Below are positions 1 through 12,385 of a DNA stretch of 64,000 nucleotides, piece after piece. Each line of letters begins with the position of its first letter. Position 1 is the stretch's first letter. Origin of the DNA: Octopus sinensis (taxonomy: Eukaryota); NCBI RefSeq assembly GCF_006345805.1, contig NC_043010.1, positions 46,872,001 to 46,936,000 on the forward strand, read 5' to 3'. The notes beneath the pieces were generated by a model. That model ran no database searches. It was not told where the DNA came from and saw only the letters and a list, made by a program, of their open reading frames with translations. Both the position numbers and the translations under genes were made by a program.

Positions 1-189
1 ATTTACTTCCTAAGCTGATATGGGTTGGATAGGTTGACAGGATCCAACAGGTCAGAGGGTCATGTCTTGTTCCAATGTCTGTTTCAACATGATTTCTATG
101 ACTGAAAAGCAGACAGAATGATAGTAATGATGATAGCTACACAATAAAATAAACAATACAAGCATAAATATGTGAACATATGGTCTTGC

Positions 190-575
190 ACATCACCATC
201 ATCAATTAACATCTATTTTCCATGCTAGCATGGGTTGGATGGTTTGACAGGAACTAGCAAGCCAGAAGACTGCACAGGGCTCGACTGTTTTGGTATGGTT
301 TTTACAACTGGATGCCCTTCCAAATGCCAACCACCTTACAGAGTGGCCTGGGTGCTTTTTACATGACACCAGCATCAATGAGGTTTACTTTGGCATGGTT
401 TTTACAGATGGATGCCTTTCAAAATGCCAACCACTTTACAGTGTGGACAAGATGTTTTTTTACATGGCAGCAGGGTCACCAAATAACTAGCAAGACAAAG
501 ATCCTTTGAGGTGGGGGTACTGGGGGAAGTGTTCTTGTGCTAGGTAATGAGAGGTTAGAGTGTGATAGCCAATAT
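190..575 (-). mobile_element. RTE-LINE 3' UTR fragment with a duplicated GGATGCCCTTCC..AACC module
   Basis: (CAT)n-like tail plus the family core motif; a closely similar composite lies at ~36260-36545. Confidence 0.65.
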
Positions 576-844
576 AGACAGAAAGACAAATGCATTTAAT
601 CAGACAAATTTTAATAGAAAATTTGAAATGCAAAACAGAAATTTACAGACGAATTCTAAAGATCATAATTGTAATGTAGTTTCATCATGTTAGGGTCTTT
701 CAAGTAACAAGTCGACATCTACTTCAGACAAAAAAAACATGTTATCCACAACAAACATCAGTTAATTTTTAATTTTTTTACAAAATTAAGATCCATATAT
801 GTAACTATATCTTTTGTCAGTACATTGTACAAAACAATACATAC

Positions 845-924
845 GTTTATGTGGAATAACTCCATGGCTGTGGCGTCTATCCTTATATTCCTTTGAATCC
901 ACTAATGCTTGCACCAAATGCATT
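845..924 (-). CDS. Exon of an unidentified protein (MHLVQALVDSKEYKDRRHSHGVIPHK)
   Basis: Acceptor tatctatctgcag|, donor C|gtatgt; 80 nt, phase 2 to 1, open. Confidence 0.5.
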
Positions 925-1137
925 CTGCAGATAGATACAAGACAGGTGAAAATAAATACATGTAGCCAATGAATATGATTTACTTTAAAAGGTTAGCATT
1001 GTCTTAGTGTGTTGAAATAATCACATTTGCTATGTACCAACATACTTATGAGCCATATTCTGCAATAGTCTTAGTAACTACGCTCTTCCACTACATTAGA
1101 GTAGAAGTTGTCTTGAACGGAAAAAAATTTTGCTCAC

Positions 1138-1306
1138 AGAGCAGCTAATTTTGAGAATGAGGAGGGCAACCAACCCCCAATGCTTGCTTGGAATTTTATT
1201 TTATAAATCCAGAAGAATGAAAAGCAAAGCTGACCAATAGGAAATGAACTCAAAATGCAAACAGCTAGAATAAATACCCAAGGCATTTGTCCAACTTCAG
1301 TTGATT
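1138..1306 (-). CDS. Exon of an unidentified protein (…FFWIYKIKFQASIGGWLPSSFSKLAAL); 5' boundary uncertain
   Basis: Donor CT|gtgagc, open frame, phase compatible with exon 845-924; several alternative acceptors are possible. Confidence 0.45.
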
Positions 1307-1334
1307 CTACCAATAATACAGAACATCCTGATCT

Positions 1335-1615
1335 CAAGCATCTTCACTCCCTATGAAGCATAGGCCATCAATAACTTTTCTCCATTGTTCTTGACTCTGA
1401 ATTGTCTTTTCTACTTCTGACCAGTTGAATCCCTGCTTTTTCAGCTGTCTCAGTATCCCACTTCCAACTATTTTTAAGGCATCCTCTCTCCTGCCTCCCT
1501 TGTGGGTTCCAGGTCAGAGCCAGACATGTAATGCAGGATGTTGGTTTCATTAAAGTATGGCCTATCCATCCCCACTTGCATTGCAAGATCTGTTCTTCCA
1601 TTGGTGCCTAATTGT
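1335..1615 (-). mobile_element. RTE-clade LINE, RT C-terminal relic
   Basis: ORF 1368..1601, KWGWIGHTLMKPTSCITCLALTWNPQGRQERG, is a typical RTE C-terminus. Confidence 0.8.
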
Positions 1616-3756
1616 ACCCTCTGCCAAAGCAAATAGCCAAATGAGAAATAAGTGAAGAATATAGTATTTCTAATAGTCTTAGAATTCCAGTATTCATAAA
1701 TAAAAGAATTTGCACCTTTACAAGGGTCATATTCGTTTACTACATGTTGTTTTACACCTATTGCACTATTGTTTTTTTTTTTGTGACCGGGTGTTAACGT
1801 TGAGTTTTCAGATCCTGTGAGATTAATCGTGTGACTTTTCCGAGTCTTCTCTCCCCCCCCCGCGATTGCCAGCGCGCATTTTTTTTATATTTGTTTACTA
1901 CATATTATTTTACACCTATTGCATTTTTTTTTTTTTTTTGCTCGGGTCAAACACTGGAGTTTGACCAAAAAGGATATCTGCAATTTTCCCGAAATGTCAT
2001 TTGGCGCTTCGTTTTTACGACCCCATGAAAGTGAAAATAATTTTCTTGTCAAAAGTAGGTGGTTCTCTTACAGAAAGTGAAAGTGCTTTTCTACAGGAAC
2101 AAATGAAAATTTGGGTACAGTAGCGTCTAAGCTAAATATTATAACGCTTTTAGTGTAAAGCTGTCATTATTGAAGGTAGACCTATAAAATATATTGATTA
2201 TATTCCTAATTAACATAGGTAAAGCATGGCTATTGATTACCCAAGCGTATTTCAATGTTGATCACAACAAACAATTTTGTATAAAATTATACCCTCCATT
2301 GCATTCAACTTTTGGCCAAAGGAAATAGTTTCAATTTTTGCCCAGTTTTGTCCCCCCCCCCCCCACCAAGAAAATCACTAACCGCAAACAAGATAAATAC
2401 TATTACCTTTGTAAGGCCTTTGAAACGAACAAGCGCTCCTTTTAATTACATGAATAATTTTGAAGTTTTATTGCCCTCTAAGTGAAAAAAATATTTTGGA
2501 ATGCTTCTAAGGTAGAAATTATATATATATATATATAAATATATATAATACTTCTAAGTCATTGAAAAATATTAACGAAGCTTTATTATTTTTCTAAATA
2601 AAAAATTTAAAAACAAGCTACTTTACTAAGTTTCAGTAAAAAAATCGCCAAGTTTTTTTTTTTTTTTTTTGAAATGATAAATATTTGAGACATGAATTCG
2701 GTTTATGTCAATGAGTGCTTTTAAGATAAGCATAAAGCAATGGATAATGCTTACACAAGTGTGCCACTTTTTTTACTTTGTTTCCTCATAACCCCCGGTA
2801 AAATGGATACTTTTTAATATCCATATTATATAAATACTTCTCAAAAATATATAAAAAACATCCATTTTCTGAACGTTATGAGGAAGCAAAATCCGGCTGA
2901 TGGCGCACTCTTGTAAACGTATGTCAACTAAGGCTATGGAACAAAGAATTAGAGCAAAAAAAAAAAAAGGTCAGAGACAAATTATCGTTTCGTTGTAGAA
3001 TATATTCATAGAATTGATAATTTTCTAAAGCTGCACTCTTAACATTATAAATCTGTTCAGCTATTAATATTTTACGTTCGTATTGCAAATGACTTCAGAA
3101 GCAAGTTGCATAAATTTAATCAGTCCTTCTTTTAATCTATCAAAATAATTTTATTTTAATAAACAGATTGAAATATTTTATATATTTCTTTTGTAAAAAT
3201 TGAAACTGACAAAAAGGAAGAAAGTCAGCTATTTATTGGTACTGCTTTAATAAATATATAATGAAACGTACCTGTGAATTCCATCGGTGAAGAAAGGTTT
3301 CTTTGACATCATGTAAAAATTCCCGCACAAAGAAAGAACATCAAAGAACAATTTAACGGAAATTACCGAATTGTTTCAAAGTGTAACGTTACCACGGAAA
3401 AGTTAGCAGAACTATTGGAGTTAAACTGTATTTTTGTTTTACACTATTGTCATTGGTTTTGGAGTGGTACATTTTACCGAAATGTAATTATTAACTTACA
3501 TGTTATGTTAACACAATTGCCCGCGTTCTAATTACAAAAAATAATACTTATAAAGGGTAACTGTTAAGTCACGTGTTAAAATGCTGGGAAATTTTCTTTA
3601 ATGTATCAGAATGTTACAAGTTTAATCTAAGTTTCGTTTTAATCGTTAGCAATAATGTCTGTCGATCGCTAGACATGTGCAGATGGAATAAGTTTAACAC
3701 TATTTTAACGAAAAACAATTGCCTGGAATTTTATATACAGTATTCATACATCCCCG

Positions 3757-4432
3757 TCATTGTCCTCTACATTGATTAGCTATTCCCAGTGGCTTTTCGC
3801 CATTGGCGCCACCAAAAGTGAATAATATCAACATTCATGGAGCGAAATTGTAATGATCTTTTAGGCGTTGACTGACGAGGAATAAGTTACGAATTTACTG
3901 TTTGTTATGTTTTTGTAAAATTTTCTCGTTTGTTGTGTTTTTAAACTTTCGAAATATATTTATGTAATGCTAGACACTTCTGATTTTTTTTTTTTTTACT
4001 CATTTGTAAAATATTCTTAGAATATTTTTTGTGCGACGTCTCTTTCTGTGCAACACTTTTGCCTCCCTCCCACTCTCTTACTCTCCCTAACACTTAATTT
4101 CTTTCTTCATTCTGACTTTCTGTCTGTCCTTCTCTCGTCTCCGGTCCTACAGGACATTTTCAATTCCTTTGCCTTACCACATTTCTGTCATGCTTGCGAC
4201 TGCATAACTTTTTTTTATTGTATATGTATGTTTTATGTTGTGTTTGTTTTTGTCATTGTCCTGTACATTTGTTTGCTATTCCCAGTGGCTTTTTACCACT
4301 GCCACCACCAAAAGTGAACTATATCTATTTCACAGGTACGAAATTGTAAGGATCTTTTGGACGTTGACTGATGAAGAATAAGCTAAGAATTTTCTGTTTG
4401 TTATGCTTTTGTAAAATTTTCCGATTTTGTTA
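3757..4432. repeat. Two diverged ~180-bp direct repeats (3757-3935 and 4253-4432)
   Basis: Shared GTCATTGTCCT..CTATTCCCAGTGGCTTTT..CCACCAAAAGTGAA..GTTGACTGA blocks. Confidence 0.8.
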
Positions 4433-5360
4433 AATTTTTGATGCAGATGATTAATTCCTGTTTATGGCGATGGCAGGAGTCCAGATGGCCCCTGTGCAAA
4501 AACAATCTGAACACAGATAGGTTTTGTAATGAGCACGAGACTGGGGTGTCATTGCTGAGTCTAATGTCAAAGAGGTGCACTGCAAACTGGTCAGCCAAGC
4601 AGCATCCCATTTGACCAATGTATAGAGAAGGGTAGAATGAGCAGGAGATGCAGTAAATGATGTTGCTAGTAGTGCAGGTAAAAGATTCAGTGATATGATA
4701 GGGATGATGATGGGCGTCTGTGAGGATGGTGGTGTTGGAGAGGTAGACAAGTGCAGCAGTATGGGCGGGAACAGAGGAATGAGTCAAGTTGGGAGGTGAG
4801 GTTAAGGAAGAAACTGTGAACCAGGGAGTCACGTAAGTTGTGTAGAAGGAGAGAAGGGATAGGTTGGGGAAGATGTGCAAAATGGGGGGTTGGACTGGAG
4901 TTGCCGGAAAGCTCAGGGCAGGGTGGAGGTGTGGTAGGTGAGAGGACTGGGAGATGGGTAACGGCAGGGCAGGTGTGAGGAGAGAGAGCAGAGGCATGGT
5001 ACACAGAACAAGCTCTGGAAAGGGCGGTGTGGATAGTGGTGAGGGGATATTCACGAAGGATAAAGTGGTGAGCCATGAGTTGAGAAGGAGGTGTCTTGAA
5101 GTTGGCGGAGAGCTTCAGCTTTGCAGAGGTCTGCGCACCGCACCACCACAGCTCCACCCTTGTTGGTCAGTTTTATGATAATGTCTTTGCGGTATCGGAG
5201 ACATTGAAGGTCCAAAAGTTTGGCTGGAGAGATGTTGAGATGTCAGGGACACCTGCAAAAGTTAAACTGATCCACAACATGCTGGCAGATGCCCACAAAA
5301 TGATTGACTGCTTGGAACTGGTGTCCAGTGGGATGGTCGATGGCCCAGGTTGGTAAAGCA
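4401..5360 (-). mobile_element. Penelope-like element relic (RT thumb plus GIY-YIG endonuclease), frameshifted
   Basis: FTCTTSNIIYCISCSFYPSLYIGQMGCCLADQFAVHLFDI is a PLE GIY-YIG motif; overlapping ORF 4687..5157 carries RT-thumb-like sequence. Confidence 0.82.
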
Positions 5361-5445
5361 GTCCTCTTTGTTAGATGCTGTGGAATAGTGCATATAGCCT
5401 GACTCAGCGCACAAAGCTATGAATATCAGCATGAGTCTATATATA

Positions 5446-5830
5446 CTAGCAGTATAGCCCAGTGTTGATCGGATTTGTTTTCCTTTTGACCCTTTAGAAT
5501 TTGAAATTTTGAAAAGTAAAAATTTTGCATTATGGAGCTTGTTATTCTCTTTAAGTGAACATTTTTCTGGTTGAAATACACCAAAAAATGGCGACACAGC
5601 ACTAAAAAATAGGGATTTTCATAGAAAAAAGCACCTTTTTGATGTAAATAATTTTTGGTGTTAACATGGTCCGATTTGAATTTTTTCTTCTACAGAATGA
5701 AGAGCAAGCATTCTTCTATGATACTCTCAATTTTGATTAACTTGCACCGCAGGGTCTCAGAGGAGATAGTGTTAGTTGAAGGCTACCAAACCTGCCACAC
5801 ACACAGACAACTTCAGCTTTATATATATAT
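5446..5830 (-). mobile_element. Non-autonomous Helitron-like element (degenerate)
   Basis: ACTAGCAGTATAGCCC start (CTAG 3' end on minus) and acagacaac..cttttatatata end, as in the copy at 52965-53359. Confidence 0.5.
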
Positions 5831-5835
5831 ATATA

Positions 5836-6090
5836 TCATCATCATCATCATCGTTTAACGTCCGCTTTCCATGCTAGCATGGGTTGGATGGTTCAACTGG
5901 GGTCTGGCAAGCCCGAAGGCTGCACCAGGCCAGTCAGATCTGGCAGTGTTTCTACAGCTGGATGCCCTTCCTAAAGCCAACCACTCCGAGAGTGTAGTGG
6001 GTGATTTTATGTGCCACCGACACAGGTGCCAGACGAGGCTGGCAGACGGCCACGCTCGGATGGTGTTTTTTATGTGCCACCGACACAGGT
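5836..6090 (-). mobile_element. RTE-LINE 3' end with (GAT)n tail and start of the tandem array
   Basis: catcatcatcgtttaacgtccgctttccatgctagcatgggttgg… family sequence. Confidence 0.8.
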
Positions 6091-6789
6091 AGATAATGGA
6101 AATTGACTCCACTTCAGACTGGCCATCTTGGAATATGCAATGTGTGGATTAACTAAAAGCTGTGAGATGCATACTCAGCTGCGAAAAGCATGTAAAATGC
6201 AAGCAGCAACAGATATGCATTGCTCAATGCAAATTGCTAACAATGCAATATGCCATTCTAACATTGCATGGCATCAACTATACAAAGGAAGTGATTCAGC
6301 ACAGTATGTGAAGAGCTCTACAGCCTTAAACACATTAGTACCGTAAATCCTTGAGTATAGTCTGCCCTTCAGTATAATAAGCAGGGGATTTTTAGGGGGC
6401 TGTACCTCTGGAAAACCTAAACCTTGTGTATAATACGCACCCCATCTCTAACTTGAGTCAAGGAAGTCTATATAACGTCCTTGTTTTTGTAAAAATGTAT
6501 ACAGTATCGTCCTTAACATAATGCAAACATGTAGCTTTTTTGTGCATTTTGTTTGCAGAAAATAAAGAAATAACGTTTAATAAATGTTGCTTACTGCAAG
6601 TTATGGATGATTCTTTTATGGTGTGTGCTGATGAAAAGATATTGGAAGATTTTATCATTTGAAGTGTGTGTTATTGCTCAGGGTTCAGTCAAGCATGTAA
6701 CAAAGTGTGTCTAGTTTAGGTATGTCAGATCCAGGTCTTGAGATTGTTAGTATAGAAATTAGGTTATTGTTGTGTTTTAGGGTTGACAA

Positions 6790-7440
6790 AAGAATGTCAG
6801 TTGGTGAAAGATATGCTGTGGTTTTGTCTAAAAGAAAACCTCTTCATAAACGTGTTAAAAACAATATATTGAAGCAAGGTGAACATTGTTCCAGCAGTGA
6901 CTCACAGAAACATCAAACTGTTTTTGGCCTTCTTGGGCATTGTCAAAGATAATGTGCCTGGTTGTCATATATGGAGAACAGAGAATAATACTGCGGAAAG
7001 CTTGCCAGGCTGAAATAAACAGTCTATGCAACTGAAACAGCATTAAAATAAGATAGCTATCTATGTACCATACCTAATGTATACACACAATTGGAAGACA
7101 TGATTCTGTGGTTATTGTCTGAGAGAAAATTTCTTCCTGATATATATTCTGTTAAATACACAATATATATTGGAGTGAAGTGAAATTTTGTCTAGGCATA
7201 TAATGACCTGGTACATGCCATTGACAAAACCCAAGAAGGCCAAAATACATCTGATGTTCTCATTGTTGGGATGCTTATTTTGATATATATTCAGTTTTCA
7301 AAAACATGTCTATGAAGGGGTTTTCTCTCAGACAAAAACTACACCATCATGCCTTTCAATGGTGTATATGTGTTAGATATGGTACACATGACTATTTTGA
7401 TTTAATACCATTTTAGTTGTATACATGAAGTACTTTGCAT
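6790..7440. repeat. Degenerate tandem plus inverted repeat cluster
   Basis: Reverse complement of 7200-7440 matches 7025-7135 and 6820-6975 (e.g. TTTTGGCCTTCTTGGG, TTGTCTGAGAGAAAA). Confidence 0.7.
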
Positions 7441-7677
7441 TTGGTTACGATGTATCAATAATAATTAAAACTCAACAGAATTATTTATTGTAAATAAAAA
7501 TCATAAAATTTTAATTACTTGTGTGCTTCAACCTCCATGCATTTTTTTAATTATTTACAGTAGAAAGAGAAAGAAGTAGGATGTAAAATGAATTTGTTTT
7601 TCCTATTATAGGAATCATTGGAAGATTATTCTCAAATTAAAAATGTTTACAGAAAATTTAATTTATATACATGCAAT

Positions 7678-8670
7678 TGTTACGAATACCTGCCGTCGCT
7701 CAAACTCTTCGGAAACCCAGGACCCTACCAAGTCGATCGAACCGGCTCGATCGAACGGTGAATTCGCCACGAAAGGAGGAGAGAGAATTCGGTGGGGGAA
7801 GGCAGCAGCGAACTCGGCAACCGGAGAGAACAACAACAAATAACAGCAGGAAGAGATACAGAGAGACACGGCGGAAAGCAGTTGGCTTACGTTTAACAAC
7901 AGTTTATAACAATTACGACATCAAATACAATGTAAAATACATCAGGTACATCAAAGAGAATAACATGCAACAAAATTAGCAAGATCAACGCATGCAGGTA
8001 CAATATACAGTCCGGAGACAACAGTTCAGATCAAATTAAAACAAATAATGTTCACATTAACAATACAGTTCAAATTGATGCAATATAGTTCAGAGTTCTA
8101 CATTAGAGTCTTTCTCTTTCTTTTTCAACAACTCTGTAACACAATTCACAATGTTCTTTATAATCTCATTTCTTTAATTCAGTACTTCTTTTTCCTTTTT
8201 TCACATCAATCTTTTACATTTCAACAATTCTTTTTCCTTCTTTAACACATCAAAACATAAACGAACATACCGTTACGAGCTACTACAAATAGCCAATGCC
8301 TTCACGCCGTAATCTCCCTCACCTCCTCAATCCTCTGTGTATGTCTTTCTCAACGTTGTCGTTGCCTCTCGCTCTTCTTAATCCTATCTGCCTGTCCTCC
8401 CCTCGCTTGTCTGTCTTTCACATTCACTGTCTCCGGCAGAACCACCTGTTACCAACTCGCTCTGTTCCCTGACTGTTTAACAAACTCACAGCTCCCGCTT
8501 TTTAAAGGGGTGCTTCCTCAACCCTTCTTTGACCGGCACAGGGTCAAGGTCTCTTTAAAAGTCATCTCTCTCCAGAAACTGACAGAACAAAGGATTTACT
8601 CGCCTGCTTGACGCCAGCTCACAAAAAGTAGGTCGCAAGCACTGTCCCCAATTTGACCCCCCATATCACA
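7678..8670. mobile_element. Solo-LTR-like element (~1 kb)
   Basis: GC/CpG-richer block bounded by TGT…ACA; no clean target-site duplication seen. Confidence 0.45.
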
Positions 8671-9529
8671 ATTATATTCAAAATATTTGATGCTCTGATG
8701 AAACTAAGATGTTATTCAATCATTCAACTATGAGTCCACCGTATCTTATAGTGGAAACAGCTGCAAGCTAATGACATTCACATGAAAATCATTTTATCCT
8801 TTTGTCATCTTATTTTATTACTGCTCTATACTTGACTACGGCTTCTTTCAGAAGATATATATATATATGTGGAGTTCTATACGAGGTTATTGGTATTGTA
8901 ATGTCCAAGCAAAATATTAAATATATATTTTTTCATTCGTTCATCATATTTGTTCATATGATACAAGTTTATGAATATTGACCTATGCAAGGTACCAGAA
9001 TACTAGTCTAGCAATTGTGGGAATTTAAAGTTTCTGCTTGTAAATTATTGCAGACTATGAGGTTCCAGACCAATGTTTGGAAAATCAATCTTGTACTTGT
9101 ATACTATAAAGACACTTTAACATTTCTGCCAACTCAATGCTAAGTACAGTAACGATATATTTTGACATGGTATAAAGTCAGTTTTTCACTGGAGTGAGGA
9201 TATAACTATCATCATTTAATGTCCTCTTCATACTTGCATGAGTATAAACTAAATTTGAGGCAGATTTTCAATGATCAGATACCATTCTTAACACTAATCT
9301 TCACCAGTTTCTAAGCCAGGTAATATTTTCTCAAAGTTAAACATGCTTTTCAGAAGACTGATAACAAACAACCATTCTTATATGACAATGCTTGTTTACA
9401 ACCATTATGACATGTCCAGACAAGGGCACATATATATATATATGATAAGCTTCTTTCAATTTCTGTCTATCAAATCCACTCACACAGCTTTGGTTGGTCT
9501 GGGACTATAATGAAAGACATGTCCAAGAG

Positions 9530-9962
9530 CTCTAACAGCTCCATCTGAGCAGGATCACTGCCAGAGCAGCTGACTGGCTTCCATGCCAGTGGCACGTAAA
9601 AAAACACCATATGAGCGTGATCATTACCAGTGTCGCCTTACTGGCACTTGTGCCGGTGGCACATGAATAAAACATTCGATCGAGGTCGTTGCTAGTGCCG
9701 CTGGACTGACTCCTGTGCAGGTGGCACGTAAAAAAACACCATTTGAGTGTGGCCGTCACCAGTACTGCCAGACTGGCCCTCGTGCCGGTGGCAAGTAAAA
9801 GCCCCCACTACACTCTTGGAGTGGTTGGCATTAGGAAGGGTATCCAGCTGTAGAAACTCTGCCAGATCAGTTGGAGTCTGGTGCAGCCATCTGGTTCGCC
9901 AGTCCTCAGTCAAACTGTCCAACCCATGCTAGCATGGAAAGCAGACATTAAATGATGATGAT
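9530..9962 (+). mobile_element. RTE-LINE 3' UTR with four diverged array units and (GAT)n tail
   Basis: Repeated GTGGCACGTAAAAAAACACCAT, core TGGTTGGCATTAGGAAGGG, tail atgatgatgat. Confidence 0.8.
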
Positions 9963-11152
9963 ATTTATTTTAGTAAAACATACATAAGCTCATTTTTAAA
10001 TCTTTTACCAACCATTTTATTATTTATCTGGCAATTATTGGTTTTCTTTACCATCTTCTTAAGACAGGTCAGCTAGAATTACATACCTTACAGTGAGAGA
10101 TGGATGAAAGCTATACTGTTGCATGAAAAGGAAAATAGTTTAACAGTTAAATGACTTTTTAGACCAATGTCCTGTGGGTCTAAGAAATTGTCCTTCATGT
10201 TCACATAAAATTACAATGTTCTCTGCATCCTTCTTCAGTTGAGTGCTCCTAATCTTGCAGGTTCATGGATGCTGGTGCCACATAAAACACACCTGAGCCA
10301 GTACAACATGGAAGCACCTATTCTGGTGTCATGTAAAAGCACTGGTGCTAGTACTGTGTAAAAGTACCCAATATGCTCTGTAAAGTGGTTGGTGTTAGGA
10401 AGGACATCCAGCTGTACAAACCATGCCAAAACAGACATGGAGCCCAGGCAGCTCTTTAGTTGGCCAGCTCCTGTCAAACCATCCAACTTATGACAGCATG
10501 GAGAACAAATGTTAAAAATGATGATGATGAAAATTTGAACCATGAAATCAGTTTTCACCTTCCCAATGACTTTATAAATTGCTTTCCAACCAGAGACCAA
10601 AATGATTCTCATGAAATCACTTAGTGAAAAAGTGATTAAAATATCTTTGAGGAATTAAAGTAAATCCTTACCTTCTCTCAGAAAAATACAACTTATTTAT
10701 AAATATAATTCCTACCAAATTGTGATAGGATGTTATTTATTTTTTTATGAACTTGAGAGAAAATGAATTTTGTTGATTTACTAAAATAAACAACAAAAAT
10801 ACTTTTAAATGAGAAAATCTTTTCAAGTTGCTTAACTTTTTTTTTCTTCAATCAATATAAGAATATGTTAATTTTAATATTTTATCTTTAGATTTCAAAG
10901 AACATGTATTAATCTATGAATCTTCATAATGAAATAGACTATTGAAATAGTTTCTCAATGCAAAAAATAAAGAAAAAAATTTTTTAATTTAAGAAATTTT
11001 AGATGAACAAAATTTATAAGATAAAAAAATGTAAAAGTATATTTTTCTCTTTTTAAAATAGTATAAATGCATTTATGATTTATTCTTAGAATTACTGTTT
11101 AAAATCGATTAAAACCAATAAATTAATTTTTCCATTTAATGACAAAGATTAT

Positions 11153-11267
11153 TTAAATATCTAAAATCAGTCCAGATTTCACTTCTTCTTCCTGTTCTAA
11201 ATGCTGGAACTTCAGAGAAGATTGTTGTACTGTTAAAGTTTCAATGGCAGCTAATAACTCATTGATC
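11153..11267 (-). CDS. HAUS8: HAUS8-like terminal coding exon (INELLAAIETLTVQQSSLKFQHLEQEEEVKSGLILDI*)
   Basis: Long pyrimidine tract plus ctag|; phase 2 entry; TAA at 11153-11155; AATAAA on the minus strand at 11079-11084. Confidence 0.8.
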
Positions 11268-12234
11268 CTAGGGTTTAAGAGAAAAGAAAAGAAAAGAGAG
11301 AAAAATGAGAGCAATTCTAATAATTCAGAAGTTAAATTATTTAAAACAAAACAATATATTTCTCTTATATAGAAAATTACATAATTAAAATAAAACAGAT
11401 TTTTGAAGAGCTTAAAAGCATACATCTTTGCCAATGATACATGAAATGGACAGTAATTGTGTCCCCCACACCACCAGTAATGCACCTTCATCTTCAGTAA
11501 ATGGACTGCAGCTATGCTGAGGCATGGTCTTCAAGAGATGATTTGAATGCATCATCTCCAGTACTTATTCAACTGATCTCTTTTGCCAGACAACCAAAAG
11601 CACAAAAGCAAAGTCAGCTGGCAAGTTATGTGGAAGGAACATAAACGCACAAATACATTAATTGAGATATATATATATACATATCTATATATCTATATAT
11701 ATATACTACACTCATGGAGTGGTTGGCGTTAGGAAGGGCATCCAGCCATAGAAACATTGCCAGATCAGACTGGGCTTGGTGCAGCCTTCTGGCTTCCCAG
11801 ACCCCAGTTGAACCGTCCAACCCATGCTAGCATGGGAAGCGGACACTAAATGATGATAATGATGATATACACACACACACACATACATACACACATATAT
11901 ACACATACACACTCGAATGGCTTCCATACAGTTTCTGTCAACCAAATGCACTCAAAAGTTATTCATCAGTCAGAGACTATAATAGAAGACACTTGGCCAA
12001 GGGGCTACACAGTGGGATTGAACCTGACGCCACATGATTGCAAAGTGAACTTTCTAACCATACAGCCATGCCTTTACCTGTGGTCATATCTTTTAAAAAT
12101 CTTATCTCGATATATCCATTTACGTTTTATATAGAAACAAGAACATGTTTATGGCTTGAATTAAAGGAATAATTACTTTGTAAGGAAATAAATCGATGGA
12201 AGTGGTAAGTACTGAAACCCAAATTGACACTTAC

Positions 12235-12385
12235 TGCTCAATTTCAGTTTTCTCTGTGGAAATTGTATCAACTAAATGTTTCAAGTGGGAATTGTACAAG
12301 GACAAAGATGGCATCTTAGTTTCGGTTACATCAGTTATTTTCTCCAAAAGCTGTTCTGTTTCTACAAAATTATTTGTCAAATCAT
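12235..12385 (-). CDS. HAUS8: HAUS8-like exon (DDLTNNFVETEQLLEKITDVTETKMPSLSLYNSHLKHLVDTISTEKTEIE)
   Basis: Poly-T acceptor, donor CA|gtaagt; 151 nt, phase 1 to 2. Confidence 0.8.

Noticed and set aside
3840-4400. CTGACGA/CTGATGA and CGAAA words suggesting hammerheads
   Set aside because: Stems I and II cannot be formed convincingly in either copy.
7643-7979. ORFs of 66-102 aa
   Set aside because: They lie inside the LTR-like element with no splice or homology support.
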